Source: Candidatus Omnitrophota bacterium (GTDB taxonomy: Bacteria > Omnitrophota > Gorgyraeia > Tantalellales > Tantalellaceae). From it: a stretch of DNA of 35,203 bases. The translations under genes were made by a program, and so were the position numbers. Positions 28,040-34,937 of the stretch are shown in pieces. Each line of letters opens with the position of its first letter. Positions within the stretch are counted from its first letter, which is position 1. The stretch spans positions 1 through 35,203 of the forward strand of contig JBHIBX010000001.1 of assembly GCA_046759285.1 (NCBI GenBank), given 5' to 3'. Below the pieces are notes generated by a model. The model saw only the letters and a list, made by a program, of their open reading frames with translations, did no database searches and was not told the DNA's origin.

Positions 28040-29341
28040 ATGTATAGCTTAAAAGGCAGTCCAAAAGAAGGGTTCTGGGGAGCAACATTAGGCTTTTTTA
28101 TAGGCTTTGCGGCTGTTTCTTTATTCGGTCCGGCAGCGGCGAAGTTTAAGGATGCCATGCAGTTGAGTCCGGTAATGGTCGGGATATTAGTGGCGATGCC
28201 GTCTTTATCCGGTTCTATTCTGCGTATTCCTTTCTCTGCCTGGGTAGATACCACCGGGGGAAGAAAGCCTTTTCTTGTTCTCCTTGCTTTTTCCATCATA
28301 GGGATGTTAGCTTTATCTTTAGTAATTTTTATCCTTTATCCCGACCATCTCAATGTACATTTTTATCCGCTTCTGCTTTTATTGGGGCTATTGAGCGGAT
28401 GCGGTATTGCTACATTTTCCGTAGGCATAAGTCAAGTTTCCTACTGGTTTCCTCAAAAAAGGCAGGGCACGGCTTTAGGAACTTATGCCGGGATTGGCAA
28501 TATTGCGCCCGGAGTGTTTTCATTTCTTCTTCCCATAGCTCTTAGAGGATTAGGGTTGGGAGGGGCATATCTTGCATGGCTTATATTTTTGGTAGCAGGA
28601 ACCGGTCTTTATTTTATGATGGGCAAAAACGCTTGGTATTTTCAGCTGCGCTATCAGGGGGCATCACCTGATGAGGCAAAAAATATCGCCGCTAAAAATG
28701 GGCAGGAAGTCTTTCCCGCAGGAAGTCTTACCGAGAGTCTTTTGCTTTCAGCTAGGACACGGAAAACCTGGATTCTTGTGGCAGTTTATTTTACTACTTT
28801 TGGAGGATTCATTGCCCTTACTGCATGGCTACCAATTTATTGGAAATCGTTTTATAATGTAACTATAGTAAACGCGGGTTTCTTAACTGCTCTTTATTCT
28901 ATTCTTACTTCTGTGATCCGTATCGGCGGGGGTGTTATTTCTGATAAATTTGGGGGAGAGAGAACGGCTATTTTATCTCTTTTTGTTATGTTGATCGGAG
29001 CCATTTTGATGACCCTATCACGCAATTTCAGACTCTCTGTATTTGCCGAAATCCTGATGGCGGTGGGAATGGGAGTAGGTAATGCCGCTGTGTTTAAACT
29101 GGTCCCACAGAAAATCCCTCAAGCGATAGGCGGAGCAGCCGGATGGGTCGGAGGCTTGGGGGCATTGGGAGGATTTGTTGTACCTCCTTTAATGGGGTCT
29201 TTTGTCCGCATATCTGGGATCAATGGTTATGCCCAGGGGTTTTCTGTGTTTATCATTTTAGGGCTTATCTCTATTATTGTTGTAAGCATTTTAAGCGGAG
29301 GCATGGAAGGTGAAGATATCACGCAAAGAAGCGCAGAGTAA
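28040..29341 (+). CDS. narK: MFS nitrate/nitrite porter (NarK/NNP family)
   Basis: 12 TM segments. SGSILRIPFSAWVDTTGGRKPF resembles the E. coli NarK SGALLRVPYSFMVPIFGGRR region. GMGVGNAAVFKLVP is the NNP-type signature. Confidence 0.75.
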   Translation: MYSLKGSPKEGFWGATLGFFIGFAAVSLFGPAAAKFKDAMQLSPVMVGILVAMPSLSGSILRIPFSAWVDTTGGRKPFLVLLAFSIIGMLALSLVIFILYPDHLNVHFYPLLLLLGLLSGCGIATFSVGISQVSYWFPQKRQGTALGTYAGIGNIAPGVFSFLLPIALRGLGLGGAYLAWLIFLVAGTGLYFMMGKNAWYFQLRYQGASPDEAKNIAAKNGQEVFPAGSLTESLLLSARTRKTWILVAVYFTTFGGFIALTAWLPIYWKSFYNVTIVNAGFLTALYSILTSVIRIGGGVISDKFGGERTAILSLFVMLIGAILMTLSRNFRLSVFAEILMAVGMGVGNAAVFKLVPQKIPQAIGGAAGWVGGLGALGGFVVPPLMGSFVRISGINGYAQGFSVFIILGLISIIVVSILSGGMEGEDITQRSAE

Positions 29342-29711
29342 GTTCATAGTAAAAATTGAAGAACTCAGCGGGGAAAATATCTATAAATGCTACCAGTGCG
29401 GAAAGTGTTCCGCCGGCTGTCCTATTGTTGGTCACATGGATATCCTGCCCAACCAGATCATCCGTTTGATCCAGCTTGGCTCTGAAAAAGAAGTGCTGGA
29501 TTCCAAGACCATCTGGCTTTGTTCAAGCTGTTTGCAGTGCGCCGCTAAGTGCCCCAAAGGCGTGGATGTGGCCAAGATAATGGATACCCTGAGAGAGGTA
29601 TTAAAAAGAGAAGGGGTAGACAAGGTGGAGCTTAAAAAAATAGCCGAAAAGATGTGGAAGAAGCTGCCCCAGCAGTTGATCGTTTGCAGGTTTCGTAAAA
29701 GTAGTGATTGA
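29310..29711 (+). CDS. hdrC: heterodisulfide reductase subunit C-like 4Fe-4S protein
   Basis: CYQCGKCSAGCP and CSSCLQCAAKCP motifs with the HdrC-type spacing. GTG start with GGAGG upstream. Overlaps the narK 3-prime end by 32 nt. Confidence 0.8.
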   Translation: MKISRKEAQSKFIVKIEELSGENIYKCYQCGKCSAGCPIVGHMDILPNQIIRLIQLGSEKEVLDSKTIWLCSSCLQCAAKCPKGVDVAKIMDTLREVLKREGVDKVELKKIAEKMWKKLPQQLIVCRFRKSSD

Positions 29712-29740
29712 AAAATTGACTTTTAACACAGGAGGAGAAA

Positions 29741-29887
29741 ATGGAGAAAGAAAAATGTAAAAAAAAGACCCTTGTGATTGACAAGGAAGAGAAAGCCAAA
29801 AAGAATGATAAAAAGGAGTGGAAGAAGCCGACTCTCGAGGATGTGTCCGGAAGGGTGATGGCACAGCCGTATATCAGATTCACCTAA
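29741..29887 (+). CDS. 48-aa PqqA-like precursor peptide (candidate RiPP/cofactor precursor); not in the supplied ORF track
   Basis: Manual translation gives MEKEKCKKKTLVIDKEEKAKKNDKKEWKKPTLEDVSGRVMAQPYIRFT. GGAGGAG (29731-29737) lies 3 nt before the ATG. The gene sits directly upstream of a PqqD-family gene and a radical SAM gene. Confidence 0.7.
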   Translation: MEKEKCKKKTLVIDKEEKAKKNDKKEWKKPTLEDVSGRVMAQPYIRFT

Positions 29888-29962
29888 TCTGTGTCATAGT
29901 GGAAGACAAGAGGTAAATTGACGTATGCTGTAAGTCATGGTCTCATTGAAAGGGGTGTCCTC

Positions 29963-30214
29963 ATGCAATTCGAGAAACATGTGAAAGTACGTAAGGAGAA
30001 GTTTGGAGCAGTGATTTTTGAAACATTGCGCGAGAAAGTGCTCATAACAAATGAAACAGGCGCGGAAATATTGAGTCTACTTGAAGGGGGAAAGGAGTCA
30101 AAGGATTTAATTACTGACTTGAATGAAAATTATAACGGTGATACATCGACGATCGAGAACGATGTGGAGGAGTTCGTTTCGATGTTGAGAGGCAAAAATA
30201 TAATCAAAAGTTAG
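29963..30214 (+). CDS. PqqD-family peptide-binding protein (RiPP recognition element)
   Basis: About 83 aa. FGAVIFETLREKVLITNETGAEILSLLEG...DVEEFVSMLRGKNII follows the PqqD winged-helix pattern. The ATG at 29963 has AAAGGGG upstream; the listed TTG at 29918 is less likely. Confidence 0.75.
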   Translation: MQFEKHVKVRKEKFGAVIFETLREKVLITNETGAEILSLLEGGKESKDLITDLNENYNGDTSTIENDVEEFVSMLRGKNIIKS

Positions 30215-30222
30215 GAGAAAAA

Positions 30223-31206
30223 ATGATAGAAAATGAATTACGCCCAACGTCAACTATACAGCAAACCGAAGGAGACAGTTTCGATCATTTTGTCTCTCCT
30301 TTATTTATCGCCTGGCAATTAAATTCAGCCTGTAATCTTGATTGCCTGCATTGTTGCGAAGAGGCAGGCCACAGCATGCCGGATGAGCTTACCGGGGAAG
30401 AAATAATGGATTTCTGCAGGCAGATAGTCGACCTTAAGATACCGTATGCGGCGATCTCAGGCGGAGAACCTATGCTGCATCCGGATTTTTTCAAGATCAG
30501 CGAGTTCCTTCGAAATGCCGATGTGAGCCTGAAGGTAGAGACGAACGGGCTTTTCATAAATCGCAAAACAGCTCAGCGATTTGCCGAACTTAATTTCCGT
30601 TCTGTGCAGATAAGCGTTGACGGTGCCACACCCGAAACCTTTGGTCAATTAAGGGGCAGAGGAAACTGGCAGAAGGTCATTGACGCCTGCAAGCATCTTA
30701 TAGAAGCTGGTTGCAATACGGAGGTAGTGTTCGTTCCTACAAAATTTAATATCCATGAAACCGGAGACGTCATCGAAATGGCATACGACATGGGTGTTTA
30801 CGGTTTCTACACGGGTAAGATCATGCGTATCGGGCGAGCGGCGCAAAACTGGGATATCCTGTGTCCATCCGATGAAGAATATGAAAAATTCTTCGATGTT
30901 CTAAAAGAAAAACAAGCTAAATATGAGGGCAAAATGAAGGTGTATTATTATCCTTATGATGTTATAGAGGAATTAAAATATCGCCTGGAACATCCTTCTG
31001 CGAGTCTTCTTGTTATTCCCAATGGCAAGGTCAAGCTTATCGGGCCGCTTCCGTTTATCTGCGGTGATCTCCGTAAGCGGGGTCTAACTGAGATTTGGAG
31101 AGAATACAAGAAAGCCTGGAGAAACCCAGAGGTTATTGCTTTTACAAAGAGAGTTATTGATAGCCCAGAACTCTTGAAAGAAGCCAATAAATGGAAAGAA
31201 CTTTAA
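30223..31206 (+). CDS. radical SAM enzyme of the peptide-maturase (PqqE/SPASM-related) type with a degenerate SPASM tail
   Basis: CNLDCLHC (CxxxCxxC) with the SGGEP glycine motif. The C-terminal VIPNGKVKLIGPLPFICGDL...LTEIW resembles the end of a SPASM domain, but only 2 Cys follow the barrel. Confidence 0.8.
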   Translation: MIENELRPTSTIQQTEGDSFDHFVSPLFIAWQLNSACNLDCLHCCEEAGHSMPDELTGEEIMDFCRQIVDLKIPYAAISGGEPMLHPDFFKISEFLRNADVSLKVETNGLFINRKTAQRFAELNFRSVQISVDGATPETFGQLRGRGNWQKVIDACKHLIEAGCNTEVVFVPTKFNIHETGDVIEMAYDMGVYGFYTGKIMRIGRAAQNWDILCPSDEEYEKFFDVLKEKQAKYEGKMKVYYYPYDVIEELKYRLEHPSASLLVIPNGKVKLIGPLPFICGDLRKRGLTEIWREYKKAWRNPEVIAFTKRVIDSPELLKEANKWKEL

Positions 31207-32081
31207 CAGGATTAATAAAGCTTATTCGATACAGGTTTTTATTAATTGCGGGTCTTCTGCCTTATTGCCTTGGGTCAGCAGTCGCGTTTTATTTCCGTGG
31301 GGAATTTAGTCCTTTTTTGTTTCTTGTGGGTCTGGCAGGTCTTTTTTTTGTACTGGTCGGTGTTGAGGCTTTCAATGAATTTTTCGACTGGCAACTTGGA
31401 ACAGACCGAGTGTTCCAAGTAGATCCCAAACCGGTGACTAAGAGCACTTTTTTTGTTGGCATTGTTGCTTTTTTTATTGCTCTAATTGTTGCCATTTTTC
31501 TGACGTTGAAGTTAGGTGTGGCGATAATTATACTTTCAGTTATTGGATTCTTCGCGGCTCTATTTTATCTTGGACCACCGATCAAGTTGGCGTATCGTGG
31601 GTTTGGGGAAATTACGATTTCGCTTTCTTATGGTCCCTTTATGATGATGGGAAGTTATTATGTTCAGACACAGCGCATAGATGTTCTGCCGCTTTTTGTA
31701 TCGGTAGTTCCCGCACTTCTTTTATTTGCGATATCGATACTGAATGAAGTACCAGACTATTTTTCCGATAGGCTTGTCGGCAAGCGGAACATATGCGTGA
31801 GAATCGGGCAAAAGAATGTAATGAAATTGTATGGAGGAGTTTTGATTCTCTTTTATGCAATTTTAATGATAGGGTTATTTTTAGGAAACTTTCCACGCCT
31901 GACTTTGCTTGCACTGGTTTGTTTACCAATTTCATTGATAACTTATACCATTGGGATCCGAGCATGTGAAAACCCATATAGGTTCATTTCGACGATTCGC
32001 AGCGGCATAATTCAATATGTTATTATCCTTAGTATATTTATTACGGGTTACATAGTTGACAAACACTTTTACGCGCCTTAA
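31191..32081 (+). CDS. UbiA-superfamily (MenA-like) membrane aromatic prenyltransferase
   Basis: About 8-9 TM segments. First Asp-rich motif NEFFDWQLGTD and second motif NEVPDYFSDRLVGKRN (compare MenA N-D-x-x-D...G-x-D and D-x-x-S-D-R-x-x-G-K). Overlaps the radical SAM gene by 16 nt. Confidence 0.8.
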   Translation: MERTLTGLIKLIRYRFLLIAGLLPYCLGSAVAFYFRGEFSPFLFLVGLAGLFFVLVGVEAFNEFFDWQLGTDRVFQVDPKPVTKSTFFVGIVAFFIALIVAIFLTLKLGVAIIILSVIGFFAALFYLGPPIKLAYRGFGEITISLSYGPFMMMGSYYVQTQRIDVLPLFVSVVPALLLFAISILNEVPDYFSDRLVGKRNICVRIGQKNVMKLYGGVLILFYAILMIGLFLGNFPRLTLLALVCLPISLITYTIGIRACENPYRFISTIRSGIIQYVIILSIFITGYIVDKHFYAP

Positions 32082-32100
32082 CGTGATTTAAGAGAATTAA

Positions 32101-32988
32101 ATGATAAAAATTCCTTATTTTCCAGGATGCACATTGACCAATAAAGCCAAGGGTCTTAATGAGACCGCGAAAGAGTGCATACGCATACTCGGAGTCGAGC
32201 TTAAAGAACTGGAAAACTGGTATTGCTGCCAGGCGAATTACTCCACCGTCACCGATAATCTTATGAATCACCTGGCGCCGGTCAGGACCCTGGTTTCGGC
32301 GAAAAAAGAGGGAGATAAACTGGCCGTTCTTTGCTCCACGTGTTATTACGTGCTTAAAAGGGTGAATCGTCTGATGGAGTCGGATGAAGAAAAGCGCGAG
32401 ACGGTCTTTGATTTTTTAGAAGAAGAATATAAGGGCCCCATAGAGATCGTTCACTTTTTGGAGGTTATCAGGGACGAGGTGGGTTTCGAAAAGGTTAAAG
32501 AAAAAGTGAAGGTAAGTCTTGAGAATATGGCGGTAGCTCCCTACTACGGCTGTCAGCTGCTCCGTCCTTTTGAAGAGATGGCATTTGACGACCCTTATGC
32601 ACCGACGATCTTTGAGAAGTTTCTCGAAGCCCTGGGCTGTCGGGTAGTGGATTATCCCTTTAAGACGGAGTGCTGCGGGTCTTTTTTAACCATATCCGAG
32701 ACCGAGGCGGTAGAAGACTGTGTTTCGAGGATACTGAATTACGCCGCTAACAGCGGCGCGGAAACGATAGCAACGAGCTGCCCTCTATGCAATTTTAATC
32801 TTGACTGGAGCCAGGAAGGCATATCCAGCAAAGATGAAGAGTTTAAGAAGATCCCCGTGCTTTATCTTACGGAGCTCATGGCTCTGGCTCTGGGGGTTGA
32901 AATAACGGATGAGATATGGGATGAACACGTCGTTGATCCACGACCGTTTTTAAAGAAAAAAGGATATTTAAAGAAGGTTTCCACATGA
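32101..32988 (+). CDS. hdrB: heterodisulfide reductase subunit B-like protein (two CCG domains)
   Basis: PYFPGCT...WYCC and PYYGCQLLRP...CCGS...SCPLC cysteine-rich CCG motifs. 295 aa. Confidence 0.85.
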   Translation: MIKIPYFPGCTLTNKAKGLNETAKECIRILGVELKELENWYCCQANYSTVTDNLMNHLAPVRTLVSAKKEGDKLAVLCSTCYYVLKRVNRLMESDEEKRETVFDFLEEEYKGPIEIVHFLEVIRDEVGFEKVKEKVKVSLENMAVAPYYGCQLLRPFEEMAFDDPYAPTIFEKFLEALGCRVVDYPFKTECCGSFLTISETEAVEDCVSRILNYAANSGAETIATSCPLCNFNLDWSQEGISSKDEEFKKIPVLYLTELMALALGVEITDEIWDEHVVDPRPFLKKKGYLKKVST

Positions 32989-34937
32989 AAAAAAGAATCG
33001 GTGTTTTTCTATGCTGGTGCGGGTCTAATATCTCGGATGTTGTAGACGTCGATAAGGTTCTCGAGACAATGAAGAAATATCCGGGCGTAGCTTACGCGGA
33101 ATATTATAAATATTTCTGCTCTGAACCGGGCCAGGATATGATAATAGACGCCATCAAAAAGCATAAGCTTGACGGCGCGGTTATAGCCGCCTGTTCGCCC
33201 GCCATGCACGAGGCGACTTTCAGGCGTGCGGCCAAGCGTGCCGGACTTAACGAGTATGAGCTGGAAATAGCGAATGTTCGCGAGCAATGCAGTTGGGTCC
33301 ATCGCATGCATAAAGGGGAGGCTACCAAAAAGGCCATTAAATTGATCTCGGGCATGGTGGAGAAAGTCAAACAGAACGTACCGCTGGAACCTATCGCGAC
33401 TCCCCTGGTTAAGCGCGCTCTTGTGATAGGCAGCGGCATAGCCGGCATGCAGGCAGCGCTGGATATTGCCAATAGCGGTTATCCCGTCATGCTGGTCGAA
33501 AGAGAGCCTTCAATAGGCGGACATATGGCGCAGCTCGCGGAAACTTTTCCCACGCTTGACTGTTCTCAGTGTATTATCACGCCCAAGATGGTGGAGGTTG
33601 CGCAGCACCCGAAGATAAAACTCGTCACGTACGCGGAAGTTCAAAAAGTAAGCGGCAGTGTCGGTAACTTTAAGGCCGAGATCCGCGTCAAACCCGCCTA
33701 TGTCGATAGAGAAAAGTGCACGGCCTGCGGCATATGTATTGAAAAATGTCCGGTAAAAGTCCCTTCCGAATTTGACGAAAAACTGGGCGAAAGAAAAGCA
33801 ATATATGTGAGCTCACCTCAGGCGGTACCCAATAAGCCGGTTATAGACGCCAAACATTGTCTATATCTATTGCAAGGGAAGTGCGGGATCTGCTCAAAGG
33901 TCTGTGAGATCAACGCGGTTGATTTCGAGCAGAAAGAGACCATTATAGAAGAAGAGTTCGGGGCTATTGTCATTGCTACCGGTTTCGACCTCTATCCTAC
34001 TGATAAGTTAGAAGAGTATGGGTATGGGGAGTTTAAGGACGTGATCAGCGGGCTTGAATTTGAAAGGCTGAATTCCGCATCCGGCCCGACAGAAGGCCAG
34101 ATAGTCCGGCCGTCCGACAGAACGATCCCGAAAGAAGTCGTTTTCTTGCAGTGCATAGGATCAAGGGATCCCGAAAGCGGCATGCCTTATTGTTCAAAGA
34201 TCTGCTGCATGTATACGGCGAAACACGCGATGCTCTACAGAAGAAAAGTCCCGGATGGACAAGCATACGTGTTTTATATAGATATCAGGTCGGGCGGAAA
34301 AGGGTACGAAGAATTTGTCCAGCGCGGCATGGAGGAGGAAAGAACGCTTTATTTTCGCGGAAAGGTAAGCAAAATATTTAAGGAGGATGACAGAATTGTG
34401 GTCTGGGGGGTCGATACCCTGACCGACAGAAAGATCGAGATAAAAGCTGATATGGTAGTGCTTGCCACGGCAATAGTTCCCCGCGATGATGCTAAGGAAT
34501 TGGCTAAAATTTTGAATGTAAGTACGGACGAATTCGGTTTTTATACCGAAGCGCATGTGAAATTGCGTCCAGTTGAGAGCACAACGCGCGGTATTTTCTT
34601 CGCCGGATGCGCTCAGGGGCCGAAAGACATACCCGACTCGATAAGCCAGGCCGGTTGCGCGGCCAGCAAAGTGGCCTATTTATTTTCTCAGGAGAAGCTG
34701 TATAGCGAGCCCGTTGTAGCCTGTGTGAACGAGGAGCTCTGCACGGGTTGCGGACTATGCGTCACGGCCTGTCCTTATGACGCCAGAGAAATAGACCCGA
34801 AGAAAAAAATAGCGATAGTCAAGGAAGCGCTTTGCCAGGGTTGCGGGGCCTGCGTCACGGTATGCCCGAACAAGGCATGCAAGCTGAAAAACATGACCAT
34901 GGAGCAGGTTTTCCGTATGATCGAAAAACTGGAATGA
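32985..34937 (+). CDS. hdrA: heterodisulfide reductase subunit A-like FAD/FeS flavoprotein
   Basis: N-terminal IGVFLCWCGSNI. FAD motif VIGSGIAGMQAA. Ferredoxin motifs CTACGICIEKCP, CGICSKVC, CTGCGLCVTACP and CQGCGACVTVCP. 650 aa. Overlaps the hdrB stop. Confidence 0.88.
   Translation: MKKRIGVFLCWCGSNISDVVDVDKVLETMKKYPGVAYAEYYKYFCSEPGQDMIIDAIKKHKLDGAVIAACSPAMHEATFRRAAKRAGLNEYELEIANVREQCSWVHRMHKGEATKKAIKLISGMVEKVKQNVPLEPIATPLVKRALVIGSGIAGMQAALDIANSGYPVMLVEREPSIGGHMAQLAETFPTLDCSQCIITPKMVEVAQHPKIKLVTYAEVQKVSGSVGNFKAEIRVKPAYVDREKCTACGICIEKCPVKVPSEFDEKLGERKAIYVSSPQAVPNKPVIDAKHCLYLLQGKCGICSKVCEINAVDFEQKETIIEEEFGAIVIATGFDLYPTDKLEEYGYGEFKDVISGLEFERLNSASGPTEGQIVRPSDRTIPKEVVFLQCIGSRDPESGMPYCSKICCMYTAKHAMLYRRKVPDGQAYVFYIDIRSGGKGYEEFVQRGMEEERTLYFRGKVSKIFKEDDRIVVWGVDTLTDRKIEIKADMVVLATAIVPRDDAKELAKILNVSTDEFGFYTEAHVKLRPVESTTRGIFFAGCAQGPKDIPDSISQAGCAASKVAYLFSQEKLYSEPVVACVNEELCTGCGLCVTACPYDAREIDPKKKIAIVKEALCQGCGACVTVCPNKACKLKNMTMEQVFRMIEKLE

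Noticed and set aside
29741-31206. Possibility that peptide + PqqD + radical SAM is simply a PQQ biosynthesis cluster.
   Set aside because: The peptide has Met where PqqA has the essential crosslinked Glu. The radical SAM enzyme lacks the SPASM auxiliary-cluster cysteines of PqqE. No pqqB, pqqC or pqqF genes are present.
3063-34937. Selenocysteine (in-frame TGA) recoding in the molybdoenzymes or HdrA.
   Set aside because: All three ORFs are uninterrupted. The candidate Mo-ligand codon in the fusion protein is an ordinary TGC Cys (nt ~26350), so no recoding is needed.
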